DNA of 64,000 bases, from contig KZ538508.1 of assembly GCA_000934665.2 (NCBI GenBank), forward strand, positions 1-64,000, given 5' to 3'. Under the pieces are notes generated by a model, which made no database searches, had not been told where the DNA came from, and was given only the letters and a program-made list of their open reading frames with translations. Source of the DNA: Catajapyx aquilonaris. Lineage: Eukaryota. Both the position numbers and the translations under genes were made by a program. This document shows, piece by piece, positions 43,352 to 56,310 of this stretch (within the stretch, counting starts at the first letter, position 1; each line of letters opens with the position of its first letter).

Positions 43352-46300
43352 TCTCCCTCTCCCCCTCTCTCTCCCTCTCTCTCTCTCTCCCTCTCCCTCT
43401 CCCTCTCTCTCCCTCTCTCTCCCCCCCCCTCCCCCTCAAGGCCTCAATGCACTCATGACTTATACCGGTCATCGACCTTGGACCTTCTTCACCACACCTT
43501 CTCTGTTCCCTCCTCCTAATTAGGTCCATCCTGTCCTGCTTTCCCCTTTCCCCTCCTCTACATCTGGCTGTGACCCCGCGTAGCCGAGTCCTTCCTGCTA
43601 TCCTGCAACCTTATTTACCCCAACTTGGAACTTGAACTTGACCCCCGGAGTGAGGACTCCAATAAATACCAGGCGCGCTTCATGATAATGAGCCACCAAC
43701 AGAATCAGCACTGCAGGAACGAAATTGAAAATACGAGGCAGAAATACAGTATTGGGAGGGAAAGCTAGTCACCAAAGTGGCGACTAGCCATCTTTATTCA
43801 GTCGCCAATGGATAACCTAAAGTCGCGAAATGCGACTGGCGACCGGCTAATTTCAAACTCTGTACCAATTCGACATTTTTGCTCAAATTGAATTTGGCCT
43901 CTGCCAGGACCATCAAGTGGGTTGCATTCTGACAAAACGGCACACATGGGACAAGTGACATCAGGGTTGGAATGGAAAATCAAAATGCCATCCAATGTAT
44001 TTGTATAGCAATTTGCAGGTTTCTTTTGGCTCTCCCGTAAAATTATGAAAATCTTGAATTCGTCCTTTTGTCAGATTAACGACGATATCATAGGTGTTTA
44101 TACTCTCTACTGAAAAAATTGGGGGGAGGGGGGGGGGGGTTGGGGGGTGATGGNCCAAAAGAAATTTACAGTAATTTTAGTAGGGGATAAATGCAGCCTT
44201 ACAGGCTTCAGTTTGCGTGAAAGAATGCCAGGCAAATGCTGTATGCATGCAACTTTGTCCGACTACTGGTATGTTATACCACCCTGTCTCCATCTAGACC
44301 AGTGCTTCCCAATCTTTTTCGCTGGCAACCCCAGAATATTGTCTCTTAAAATTCGCAACCCCCACTTCCAATTCAACCCTATCCCCCTCAATGGTAGGCA
44401 ATGACACTCATCAATAAATTAATAGATCTTATCATTTCCAGGCAGATTTTTCCAGGCAGATAGAATCATTTTGTAAAAATAATTTGTGTCCCCCCTTACA
44501 ACCCGAAATGTTATATTTGCAACCACAAATATTATGTTTGCGACCCCAAATGGAGTCGCGACCCACAGTTTGGGAAGCACTGATCTAGACCAGTACTGTG
44601 TAGCTGGTAACATATACAGAGATGTAGTTTTAGCAGTGATCTTGATGCCTTCTTGAAGCATTCCTGGCCACATGTTTCCCTCCAACAACATTCTGTGTAG
44701 TGGCCAAGGTAGCATTCTTATGAAATGTGTAATGTTAATTAGGGAGGGTTGGGGAGGTGTGGTGGCCAAGATGGTAACGTCTCGGCTTGCTGAGTGAAAG
44801 GTCCCAGGTTTGATCCCCGCCTGGGAGTTCCCTTTCACCTGTGTCGGGAGGGTCTCTGACCTGCACCTTGGAGGTGTCTGGCAACCTAACCTTCTGGGGG
44901 ACTGCACATGGCCCAAACGTTTAAGACATTGCACATGCACAAGTGTCCCCTCCCCAACAATCCCTATCCCTACCCTACATCCTGAAGTCCTTGCACAGTG
45001 ATTGAAGAATAAGGAAAAATGGATCCAAATGGTGGTAATCTACTCCCCTGTAGACCCTATCGGGTCATAACGGGGTAATAACCCCCCAAAAAGGAGGGTA
45101 CTATAAATAACTTTACCCTAAATTGCCCAATTTCTCATTGCAGGATGTGAGAAAGGCTCCAAAAAGTCTGATTTCAACTGGATTCACACTGTCTTAACTA
45201 CAGGCACATTGCCAGATCGGATGGCTGCCTATACTGTTCTCATCCAGGATTCATCAGTTCACAATCTGGCAGCATTGAGGTCACTCATCAAGCTGGTTGA
45301 CATAAAGGGTCGGCACCAAGCTCTGATGACTGTGGGTGAGTTACTGGTTCTTAACACATCTTTAAATATTTAAAAACAAATAAATGTGTATCTTGTATTG
45401 TGCAAAGGACTGATGTGATTTTGGTGGGATAATGATGTATTGTTCACATTACTGTAAGGGGGTGGATCTAATGAATGTAATGAAAGTGTAATACAGGTAC
45501 TGGTATACAGGGTGTTCCAAATATGTGGGTCATTTTAGTTATAAGAAAGGACATGGTGGGGTCCTTGTATGGAAAAGTTGGGCCAGATGGATTTTGATGA
45601 AAGCAGGTTAGTTGATAGATCTTGACCTTAGGATCAATATATTGTTCTAAAGCCCAAAGAAAATTTACCGTGCCGTTTGGCTTCTAGAAGCGCTCAGAGT
45701 CGGACTTTCAGGTGGATCCTATCAAGCTCATTTCATATATGTTGTAGAGTTTCACGAGCTGAGTCAAATGAGCCATGTGGCACTGTGACAAACCATTTGG
45801 GTGCTAGATGTGCAACTGACAAGGGGGGGACATGAAGTGGGCTCTGTCAGATTTGCATGAACCTTGCGCAGTAGGTGTATCACAGGCCTACAATTTCACT
45901 GGTATGGGCCATTTTCTGCTATGGCCAGCCGTTGTCGATCTACAGGGTGGGCGAAAAGTCCCAGGACACCTGGCTTTTTTTGCCTGCAAAACAAATCTGT
46001 GCATGGAAAATGTGTCGGAGCTGTCGGTGTGACATAGTCTGGACACTGACGGAACTGTTTGATGAGGGGAGACATCTGGGGACCCCCAACAACACCCACA
46101 GTAAGTTAACACTGTTAACAGTGCAAGATGGCGGATACGAGCGGGTTCACTGTGGAGGACAGACTTGTGGCTACTGTGTGGGTCCACGGGAGGCCTCATA
46201 CGGGAAAGTACATAATGCACATCATGCAGGATATCAGGGCTCCCTTTGGTAAGGTGCCACCGAGAAGAAGTAACTTGTTCAAGTGGGAGAAAAAAGCATT

Positions 46301-49300
46301 CAGCATGGGAAATGTGAAAGACGGGAAGCGTGAAAGACACTTCCCTTGCTAAATGCTTTTTATGGGTGTTGTTGGGGGTCCTCAGATGTCTCCCCTCATC
46401 AAACAGTTCCATCAGTGTCCAGAAGATGTTACACCAGCATTTCCGACACATTTTCCATGCACAGATTTGTTTTGCAGGCAAAAAAAAAAGCCAGGTGTCC
46501 TGGGACTTTTCGCCCACCCTGTATGAGGGACAATAGATCCGCATGGGTGCGTTCAGGAGAGTATGGTGGGGGGACGGGAAGCATTAGGAAAGCGGGCTGT
46601 TCAGTTTCCAGGGGCACGCAGCTAGTAAACAACAAGGTAACCAACAGCGCAATTCTCCATGGAGGGTTCGAATCATCTTCAGGACCAATTTTCTATGTTT
46701 GCTTTTTTTCCGTCTCGCATTACCTTTACCCTGTACCCATAATGCTAATGCATGGTTCCCTTCATTTATGTGACCCATGTTGCAGGCATCTTATCGACGT
46801 GAAACAATAACCACAACTTTCAAAGCAAATCAGGAACAAAACAGGGGGGAGCTGCTTCGAGAAACTGGTGTACACTTTCGTGCAGACATCTTCCGAAACC
46901 ATCACCCAGAAAACCACTCGAAACCTTCTCGGATTCGACAGAAGCCAACCAAAACCAGAGGTTTCAGGAAACCAGCATACACTTTCACCCCCTCACCCTT
47001 TGAAATTAGGAATACTCTTTTGCCAATACATCAACACTTGTGGAGAAAATTTCAAAAGATACCACTCACCAGCTAGGCCACGAGCTAGGTGATATTGGGC
47101 AGATGAACGCGTGACTCTCAAAATAAAAATGCGTGAAACATTGTCGCATTGTATTGGAAAGGGCTCTCCATTGTGAAATACAAATCAACGATTGAAGGAA
47201 AACAAGTCAAAAATAATATTAACCCTTAACGTACTTAGGTGGGGCCTGAGCGGTACCAACCACTATTTAATTAAACGTATGTAACTTTCTAATTCATTTT
47301 TCCCCCATGTCCTTCCGTGAATTTGTGACAAAAACATTCCTAAGCATGACAAGGAGGGGAAAAATTTTTTAGTCGCTATTCTTTGGCTGAAAAAAATTCG
47401 TAAGGAGTAATAGGTCCACCTGGAGCCGCTCAGTGCTGCGGCGAGTGGCTGACAAGAGTGAGCCCACCCGTGACTGTTAACAAGTCATAAACAATACCCA
47501 TTTTTCTGTTGGAATATGCTGACTCAGTGTGTGATTTTTACGTTTTCGGAAGCTTAATGATCTGAACTGAACTTTCTGTATGTGAAAAATCCACTGCTTT
47601 AGCTGATAAGCAAAGAGTTAAATGTACCGTTGGGGCCGCTCAGGCCCCACATAAGTAGTTGAAGGTGTTTGGGCCACCTAAGAAGTTAAGGGTTAAAGCA
47701 GGCCTCACTTGCAAAGCAGCTTGCCAAGGGAACAACAACTGAAGATGATTCTAACGTGATTTGAACCCTCCCTGGATAATTGCGCTGTTGGTTACCTTGT
47801 TTACTAGCTGCGTGCCCCTGGAAACTGAACAGCCCGCTTTCCTAACGCTTCCCGTCCCCCCACCTTACTCTCCTGAACACACCCATGCGGATCTATTGTC
47901 CCTCATATATCGACAATGGCTGGCCGTAGCAGAAAATGGCCCATACCAGTGAAATTATAGGCCTGTAATACACCTACTGCGCAAGGTTCATGCAAATCTG
48001 ACATACTCCACTTCATGTCCCCCCCCTTGTGAGTTCAACATTGGACCTTATACTGGGATTATTATTACGACATAATAACTGCAAATGATGTGTCAAGAGA
48101 AAATTGCCATATGGTGCAGTAGTTAATTTTTAATTTTTAATAATAAAATAAAAGATTTGAAACTTTTTGGGGGGCCTCCTTGGCAGGAGGGCCCAGGGCG
48201 CTCGCACCCTGCGCACCCCTATAAATCCGGCACTGCATACGGCAGGCAGAGAACTTGGTGTATTTGTTGCAAAAGTGGGGATTAGGCTATAACAGACCTC
48301 GGTTATAGTAGACTGATTTTCATGGTCCCTTGAAGGTATATCCGGTGTCTTCTATATTTACAATTTTGCTTCGTTCCAGAATATTCTAGTGCAGGATGCT
48401 ATAGTAATGTACACTTCTCTTACAAGGAAACATCGCCACGTGAAAATAACCCGGATTTGGCCAAAAATTGCTCAGTGGGTAAATCACATGCATAGAATTC
48501 ATTGATGAGCGCAAAAAGACCCACTTCACAGCAATTTTCGAGATATGAGTTACGACACATCCGGTGCGCTCAATGCTGTTTAGATCAGCCGCCTCGTAAT
48601 CTACCAGTTCCACTTTTTGTTTTTTGTTGTNNCCCCCCCCCCCCCCCCTCCCTCCCTCCCCTCGTTTTCTAGTGACGTTCTTCACCAGTTTTTGTTTTCG
48701 GCTGCACATACTGATGAATTTCAGTCTCCTTTGGCACCTGTTTTAATCTAATTACTGCAATTATCTCAACATAAGAGATGGGCAACAAAATAATACTGGA
48801 TCCTTTTTGCTACATGATGTGTTTTTCTTGTCAATGATTTGGCCTCTTACGGACTGGCACAAATGAGTCTACCTGAAAACTTGTACCTTCCCCTGCACAT
48901 GAAAAACTGCATAACTTGGAAAGCAGGAAATGTTTTTAAACATATATAGCGATTTCTTGATTTTAACCAATGTCGAATGTTATATTTGCGTATGTATGTC
49001 GTCTGTTAATTGTGATTAAATTTGTACAAGATGGGCCCTAACACTAGTCTACCTCCCTCATGTACTTTTACCTCTCAAACAGATGGAGATGATTTTGGAT
49101 TTGGGTTCAATGCAAAATCATCTCTATTTTTTTGAGCGATCCAGTCTAGGGGAGGGGAAGGAGCAAAAAAAAAAAAAAAAGAGCAAGCGGGACCGGTGGA
49201 TTACGAAGCGGCTAGGCTGCTCTAAACAGCACTGAGCGGATCTGTCGGCACTCATATCTCGAAAATGGCTGTGAAATGGGTATTTTTGCGCTCACCAGTG

Positions 49301-52300
49301 AATTCTACACATGTGATTTACCCACTGAGCGATTTTTTGCCAAATCCGTTATTCTCACGTCGTGATGTTCCCTTGTTAGTACAGTAAAACCTCAATATAA
49401 TGCTTTTCAAGGGACTGACTTAAAATAGTTTTGTAAGTGGGAATTCATTACATGTGGGAAATGCTCCTTAAGGTATACTCATCAAGGGACCAGAAAAAGG
49501 GGTATTATATGCCGGATTGTTATATCTGATAAGTTTCACTGTGTATTAAAAATGAAATTAATGGGTGCAGTTTGTGTGGGTTTCCTCATTCCAAATCCTT
49601 CATATCGCAAAGTTGGGTAGGTTAACCCCCTGTCATGTTCAGGGCAGTCATACAGTGTGTGTGCTGTGGGGTCTAGGGCCTATCGGCCAGGTCGACCCTT
49701 GAAGTCCCTATCTAAGTGTGTGTGCTGTCACCAGCTGTATAACCAACATGTAGTAGCCCTTGGTAAAATATTGTGCTGCATCACACTAGACTTGATTTTT
49801 CTGCCTAGATGGGAGGTAAGTGAGGTCGAGACATAATGACCATCCATTATAACCACCCCCACCAAGCTCATTGTGTCACATTTTATTCCCAGAAGGCAGA
49901 AAAAATAGACATCTCCAATATGATGCCTTTTACCAGGGACCACTGCATGTAGGTTGGATAGTACTTAGGATCAGGGGAGGATTTTAGTGTACTTTAGCGG
50001 TGCTGATACTAAGTTGATAAACATTGTTTTCAGACACATTGAAGGAGCTGTTCTTGTATGACCTACTCCTCCAACGCAAGTTGCTTCGGTTTGAAGATCG
50101 CCCTTTAACTATGCTTGACCAACTCTCAGCTGGAAGTCGTGATGCTCGTGATCGCTGCCTGGTCCTCTGGTATTTTGAAGACCAGCTAAAGTCATTGTAT
50201 ACATTATTTCTCTCCAATTTGGATTTTTTGTCTCGTGACACTGTCGAGAAGACCAAAGTGAAAGCAGTAAGTGCCACATATGAACTCCTGTGTGGAAACC
50301 CTGAGATGGAATTTACACTCCTTCCACGTCTGGTCAACAAGATAGGAGACCCTTTGAAGTCAGTTGGTGCCAGAGCCTTACATTGCCTGCACTGCTTGTT
50401 GAGAAAGCATCCAAGCATGAAAAATGTGGTAGTTCTGGAAGCAGAACGATTGCTATTTAGGCCTAATGTTGGTAAGCGTGCACAATATTATGGATTGTGC
50501 TTTATGAATCAAGTTGTGTTGGATCAAGAGGATACACAATTGGCCTCGAAGCTGATTGGTATATACTTCGGGTTCTTCAAAGCATGTGTCAAGACTGGTG
50601 ATGTTGACTCCAAAATGATGTCAGGGCTGTTGACTGGGGTGAACCGTGCATTTCCTTATGCGGAACAGAAGTCAGACCAGATTCGGCAACATGTAGATAC
50701 AATGCATAAGATTATTCACTTGGTTAGTTTCAATACAGGTGTCCAGGCATTAATGCTTTTGTATCAAATAACTGATGCAAAGGACGCACTATCTGACCGA
50801 TATTATGCTGCACTCTACCGGAAGCTCCTAGACCCACGTTTGGAAAGCACATCAAGGCCTGCCATGTTGTTCAACTTACTGTACAAATCAATTAAGAATG
50901 ATGTCTCAGAACGACGGGTGAAGGCATTTGTAAAGCGTCTTCTTCAGATTGCCCAGTACCTGCCATCAACTCTGGTGTGTGGGATATTATTCCTTGTGTC
51001 AGAAGTGGTTTCTAGCCGACCCAACATTTTAGGTTTGAAAGATATTATGCCTGATGATGATAATGATGATGATGAGCATTATAGAGATGTTGATTATGGT
51101 GATGAACCTTCACACACACCTGAACCATGCACAGAGTTGTCAACAACTTCATCGTGGAATTTTGCCAAAGGTTCTGCTACATACGACCCATCTCAACGTA
51201 ATCCATTGTATGCTGGTGCTGAGCACAGCCTAGTGTGGGAACTACAGGCCTTATCAATGCATTTTCATCCATCGGTTTCTTTAATGGCTGCCAACCTGCT
51301 ACAGTCAAAGTCAGTGAAGTGCACTGGAGACCCATTGCATGACTACACCCTCATGAGATTTTTAGATCGCTTTGTATTCCGCAACCCCAAGAAAAGTTTG
51401 TCAGAGGGAAAGAAGCAAATTTTTGCTCCCAAGGCTGGACAAGCAACTGGTACTAAGGCAGTGGCAGTGACAAGTGATGAATTTCTGGAGCAGGAGGAGG
51501 ATAATGTGGCAGAAGATGATATCTTTTTCTACAGATATTTCAAGCAGAGGCAGAGATCAAGTAAAGAACAGGAAGAGAGTGATGATGAAAGTGTTGGTGA
51601 TGATGAGTTTGAGAGATACTTAGACCAGATGGGTGGGAGTGGACAGCATGATGATCTAGATTTTGCATCAGATGTGAAGGAAGGAAAAAGGAGAGGTAAG
51701 TTTTTATACTTGCCTCTGAACTCAAACTTGCATTTGTGGTGAGAAAATCTGGGTCTGACGGGCTTGCATTTAACATGACTGGTGACGTTTTGAACAGGAG
51801 TCAATGTAATGCAGATACATAATAACACTGAGTAACACAAAAAGTGTTTATGTTAATTTTTTAATGTTTTTTATGCAGTTCAAGTATGATGATTCCAATG
51901 TTGATTTTAGTTAATGTACAATCACAACTCTTTTTTAGTTACCTTAAATTCTTCTTATTAATGGGTCGTTCCATTTCAGATCAGTCCATGGTCTTAAACT
52001 ACTTCGGTCTGGACACTCCCCCCCTTATTACGTAAAGGGGCTGATGGGTGGTAATGCAGTGGGGGTCACGGCAGCGCTGTTAAGGCGTCGCGACTGCCGC
52101 GAAACTGACAGGCTCCTCTGCACTTAGGTAGAAGCACATGTGTGGTGTAGGGGTATAATATTTACATATAGTTTATAGATAAATTTACAGATAGTAATGG
52201 CTTCTACCTAAGTGCAGAGGAGCCTGTCAGTTTCGTGGCCGTCGAGGCGCCTTAACAGCGCTGCCCTGGCCCCACACTGCATTACCACCCTGTCGGACCC

Positions 52301-53625
52301 TTTACGCGATAAGATGGGGAGTGTCCAGACCTTAGTATTTGAAGACCATGGATAAGTCAATAGGTGTTGAGTCATTGTCTTCAATTGTTTTAGAGAAAAA
52401 AATATGAAACTCTCGTCCAATTTTACTCTTATGATGCAGAAGTTTTTCAAGATGAAATTTAGTTATTGAGATACTAATATTTATTTCAAAGTGAACCAAA
52501 ATAATATTTAAGAGAAGTTGCACTTTTTCTCTTGCTTTACATGTATGTAGGCCTCATATCTGGAATCATTCTGGAAACTGAAATGAAAGTTTACATACTT
52601 GTTTTTGGAATTAAGTGTTATGCAGCAATGTATGACAGTGTTTGATATCCATCCCACCTGGAATAGAGTCAGGCCAGAAACTTTTGGCACCGACCTCATA
52701 TAGTGTACACTAATATTAGGGCAGTAAGATTAATTGGCCCTGGCAATTGCTAATCTGGAGTTTTAGTAGCACTTAACACCATAAAGGATGGCTTTTGACT
52801 TCCATATTGGGAATGGCATTTCAAAATGAAAATACTGAGTCTGAAATTATTTATGACTATGGCAGTTATGATATTTTTCTGCTATTTTTAGGAAAGCAGA
52901 AAGATGAGGATGAAGAGGATGATGGTGATAGTGATGAGGATGCTGAAATGGGTGAGGAAGGAGATGATGGGGACCTGCCTGATGAAGGGCAGTTTGATGA
53001 TGCTGATTTTGGCCCAGACAAGTTTGGTGAGGATGATTTCAAGGATGACCTGAGTTTTGATGAAGCTGAAGATGATTCAGATGGTGAGGCTTTTACTTTC
53101 TGAAGTGTACTTTTGTAAATGGAATATACGGTATATATTTTACTAGCTAAATTACGATTTTAATTGTGCAAGTTTGTTGCACTGGTACTGGATATGTACA
53201 GTTAATGGCAAAATTGGTTCAAGGTGAAACATTAGAACCTGGATCATCGAAACGGAAGAAGAGAATGGACAAAATGAGCATCATGAAGAAGATGAAACTT
53301 GGAGGGAAGGAAACGCTGGACAATCTATTTGTGTCGGCAGAGGAATTTTCCCACACCCTGGAAGAGAACAGTGGGAGTGGAATTGACACTACAGGAATAA
53401 ATGCTTTGGCCAACAAAGACAGAGCAGGTTGGTGTATTTAGTTGTAGGTTTATTTAAATTTTACTGACCTGCATTTTTTTTCCAGCTGTGAAACAGCTTA
53501 ACTGGGAATATACTAGGGATCAGTGGATAAGAGGAAAAGACTGGAAGTCAAGAAAACCAAACAAAACACGAAAGAGGAACGTTCAGCCTCAAAAGAAAGG
53601 GAAGCAGGTGGCAAGAAGGAAGTGA
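36766..53625 (+). CDS. CEBPZ: CCAAT/enhancer-binding protein zeta / Mak21 / Noc1 (60S ribosome biogenesis), complete
   Basis: Exons 36766-36927, 37140-37503, 45144-45335, 50034-51695, 52892-53083, 53224-53427, 53486-53625 (TGA), in phase. Motifs GTLPDRMAA, LVNKIGDP, LLTGVNRAFPY, SDRYYAALY, YDPSQRNPLYAGA, HFHPSVSL, GDPLHDYTLMRFLDRFVFRNPK, acidic tract, KQLNWE. Confidence 0.96.
37913..38402. mobile_element. piggyBac-like MITE
   Basis: TTAA flanks; CCCTCAGACGGTGACGTG / CACGTCACCGTCCGAGGG; subterminal repeat GGTGACGTGGGCACTTTTTGTGACCAA. Confidence 0.75.
38616..40160 (+). mobile_element. Tc1-family transposon (DD34E) with ~260-bp IR/DR-type TIRs; transposase internally deleted and frameshifted
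   Basis: TA TSDs (38614-15, 40161-62); near-identical TIRs 38616-~38876 and ~39898-40160; transposase from ATG 38958 (HTH, GRPR), catalytic part FSDES...QQDGA-x34-E (SPDLNPIE) ending 39856. Confidence 0.95.
41903..42114. mobile_element. PIF/Harbinger-like MITE
   Basis: GAGTGCGTTTACATGGGACTAAAAATCGGCCT / AGGCCGATTTTTAGTCCCATGTAAACGTACTC. Confidence 0.65.
42660..43862 (-). mobile_element. hAT-like deletion derivative retaining the transposase 5' end; (CT)n at 43306-43430; related copy at ~20155-20508
   Basis: Ends TAGTGTTCGAAATT / AATTTCAAACTCTG; minus ORF MAKRKISDFF...WQRTNPWL...MICLV(stop) resembles a zinc-finger N-terminus of hAT transposases. Confidence 0.55.
44300..44582. mobile_element. 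hAT (Charlie-like) MITE
   Basis: TIR CAGTGCTTCCCAA / TTGGGAAGCACTG; perfect 8-bp TSD ATCTAGAC. Confidence 0.88.
44751..45080 (+). mobile_element. tRNA-derived SINE, family A
   Basis: Homologous along its full length to 20931-21261. Confidence 0.8.
45943..46521 (+). mobile_element. Tc1/mariner (maT/rosa-like) deletion derivative with ~155-bp TIRs
   Basis: TA-CAGGGTGGGCGAAAAGTCCCAGGACACC ends; internal ORF 46128 MADTSGFTVEDRL...PPRRSNLFKWEKKAFSMGNV resembles a transposase HTH N-terminus. Confidence 0.8.
47223..47692. mobile_element. piggyBac-like MITE
   Basis: TTAA flanks; CCCTTAACGTACTTAGGTGG / CCACCTAAGAAGTTAAGGG. Confidence 0.7.
48423..49375. mobile_element. Long-TIR MITE with CAAGG termini and TTA TSD (same family as 56311-58946)
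   Basis: ~185-bp inverted arms; flanks C-TTA / TTA-G. Confidence 0.7.
52006..52331. repeat. Palindromic MITE (~130-bp arms)
   Basis: GGTCTGGACACTCCCC...CTCCTCTGCACTTAGGTAGAAGC is inverted at 52200-52331. Confidence 0.75.
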
Positions 53626-54178
53626 AGTAAAACTTGGTTGAGAGTAACACATTAATACAGGATTATTACAGATTTCAAACATTTGTAGTTGTCCTGCAGA
53701 GTTTATTTTAAAAAGTGGCATTTCTCTCCATTTTACCATGAAGTTTATGAACAACAAGTTCAAGTTCTTGTGTAGTGTTGTACATGTGAACAGACATCAA
53801 ATGGAAGTAGAATTTTGGATTTGTGTAGTTTAAAAAAAAAAAACTTTTGGAATCTGAACATGATGTACCGGTATGTGATTTAGAAATAACTACTGTAAAT
53901 CTAATATATGACTTTGAGTGATACAAAATAAGGGCATGCTTAATGAGTTCACACAGGAGCAAATCAGTACCGTCAAGCGGGGTTACTTAAGCCACTTTTC
54001 AATTTCAGACATCTGCCAATTCAAGAGCATTGACTTTAGAGATTAACTTATTGTTGTAAAACATGGGTCTACAGTTACGGTCAACGTATACATGGATGAA
54101 AGTTTCCTACAACATGTATGATTTAAAAAAAAAAAAAAGGGGGTGGCTTAAGTTACCCCCTGACATGGGGTAACTTAA

Positions 54179-54685
54179 AGGGACACTCCACTCAAAATGC
54201 AAGTTGGGCTCTAAAAATCGGGCAAGAAATCCTGATTCCGAGTGTATCAGCAGTTTTTTTGAGAGACGAACGGTAAGGCCAGAGCGAGCCGTCAAAGTTA
54301 GGCAATTCGAATCTGGCGCAAAACAGCAGCGCCTCCTCCGGGACTGCCCGGGACTGGGCAGAAATTTGGATATTCTTGCGCCATCTTGATCCACGCCATG
54401 GTCCGCGCCATCTTTGGTCCGTCCCACAGGTTTATCCCGCCACCTCTTGACCCGACCCGACTTTCAGCACTGTATCACTTTCGCCTAGTGCCCGGTGGCG
54501 GCGCTCACGGCGGTGGCGGACTGGGCTGGCGGGGCAGCTCATTAGCAGATGACGCAAATTCTGAGTCTTTAACGCCTCGTCCTGGCTTTTCTGTTCCGCG
54601 TAGAAAAAAACCGATTGCACCTTCGGAATCAGGATTTTTTGCCCGATTTTTAGAGCCCAACTTGCATTTTGAGTGGAGTGTCCCT
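54179..54685. mobile_element. Kolobok-like MITE
   Basis: TTAA flanks; ~63-bp TIR beginning AGGGACACTCCACTCAAAATGCAAG. Confidence 0.8.
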
Positions 54686-54930
54686 TTAAGCCAGCAGGAA
54701 GAATTCAGTGTTTCGCTTATGTTAGACGGTGACACGGTAACAAAGTCCGTTCACAGGGCGAAAATAAACATTTGCATATTGCTCCAGAAATTTATTGTTC
54801 AAAACTTAAGTTCATATAAGGGAAAGTATGGCGGCCTCTCTTTATGCTCACCGGCTGTACAGAACAAACAATATTTCTGATATGTGAACATACATTTCAT
54901 CATCAACAATGCTCCCAACTAGGCAACTAC

Positions 54931-55183
54931 TAGGGCTGTGCGATATCCGAAAACATATCGAATCGAAGTCGATATATCGAAAATCGAAAAACCGACATCG
55001 CAAAATATCGCAAACCGACATCGAAAAATATCGCAAATCGACATCGAACCGACATCGAAAAATATCGCAAACTGACATCGCGATATTCGATACATCGCAC
55101 ATGCCAAGCGTCGGATATCGCAACTTCGATATTAGGAAAATATCGTATCGACAGTCGATGTATCGAAATATCGCACAGCCCTA
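54931..55183. mobile_element. hAT-like MITE with ATCG-rich internal repeats
   Basis: TAGGGCTGTGCGATAT / ATATCGCACAGCCCTA; TSD GCAACTAC/GCAACTAT (7 of 8 match). Confidence 0.78.
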
Positions 55184-55727
55184 GCAACTATACTCTCCTG
55201 ACCTCCAGAAGCTAATCCCCGCACTTCTTGCCAGGCTTGGAACAAGTGGCCTATGTTACCCCGTACATGACGCAACAATTACTTTTTAAGAATATATTGA
55301 CACCAAAATGAAAATTTATGCTATGCAGTATAACTACCTTAAAAGGACTGTTGCAGGTTATGTTTCATCATCTTTACAGCGAATTAAATTCAAACAGATG
55401 ATGTTGGCGATGAAAGTTACGTAGGGTATAAATTTATGATGCAAATGATCCTAAACATAATTAAGATTTTACAAAGTTACCTTTGACACAAACACAATTT
55501 TCAAATATGCAGTCCAAAACTGCAATAAAATATGGAACTTAACATTTCAACTCAAAACAGTGTTGCCAAAATCAGTGTCCGAAATTTACGCAGCAAAATG
55601 GCGTAAGTTACCCGGCTTAAGTAACCCCATTTGACGGTAAGTAATGCAAAATAATTTTTTTCGAGCCAAGTTTATTGTCAATGACAAATATTATGTATGT
55701 GACAACAAGGGACCATTTTTGGCAAAT

Positions 55728-56260
55728 TTTCAACATATGAACTGTTTCCGTTGATGCATTGGTCCCATTGTGGCACAAGGTTAAAGATGCCGTGTTCATA
55801 GAACTATGTTTTTTGCCTATACAACCATCCGCGTGCTGCACTTTCCAGGCAGCCGGGACAATGCTGATTAGGTGATGTCTTCTTGGCCCTCTGAAAACAG
55901 CATACACCAGTCCCCTACAACTCCCACCCCAGTTTTATGGAGACTTCCATGAGCTTAAAGAGTCTCTGCCAACCCAGATTGGCGCTTCTATCACTGCATG
56001 GTCACCAAGACAGATTTGGGCGGACGACTTATGAACCAACCCAGACTGTTCTTTCCGCTGCAGCTGGATTCATAGCACATTTGCAGACTTGCCCGCCCAA
56101 GTGAGAGCCCTGGAGCGACAGAAGTGCCAATCTGAAAAATTCTACCCTCCCCAGGTAAGACACACTTCCAGCTCATTCATGACTTGAAGATTGATGAAGA
56201 GCTGGCAGTAACAATGGGAGGGGAGTAGCAAATGGACCTTTCCACCATCATTTGGTATTT
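55728..56260 (-). pseudogene. Highly degraded mariner transposase relic (C-terminal part)
   Basis: Minus frame GWLYRQKT*FYEHGIFNLVPQWDQCINGNSSYVE matches the mariner C-terminal pattern; KLGWEL fragment upstream. Confidence 0.55.
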
Positions 56261-56310
56261 TGGTACATGTAGGGTGAAATTCCAATGTTGTAGTGGTTTC
56301 TCACCTCTGA

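Larger units (their letters stand above)
45820..48029. mobile_element. Long-TIR non-autonomous element with CAAGGG termini and TGA TSD
   Basis: Left arm 45820-45940 plus 46524-46680 is inverted at ~47740-48029; flanks C-TGA / TGA-G. Confidence 0.7.
53970..55637. mobile_element. TA-flanked Tc1/pogo-like element hosting two nested MITEs
   Basis: TA-CCGTCAAGCGGGGTTACTTAAGCC / GGCTTAAGTAACCCCATTTGACGG-TA. Confidence 0.65.

Noticed and set aside
43281..43529. RE-repeat ORF
   Set aside because: Translation of a (CT)n microsatellite.
45888..46544. 218-aa minus ORF and its mirrored plus ORF
   Set aside because: Produced by the inverted repeats of the Tc1/mariner derivative.
54931..55183. Repetitive ATCG array with ORFs on both strands, CRISPR-like at a glance
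   Set aside because: No repeat-spacer organisation; it is the interior of a hAT-like MITE in a eukaryotic genome.
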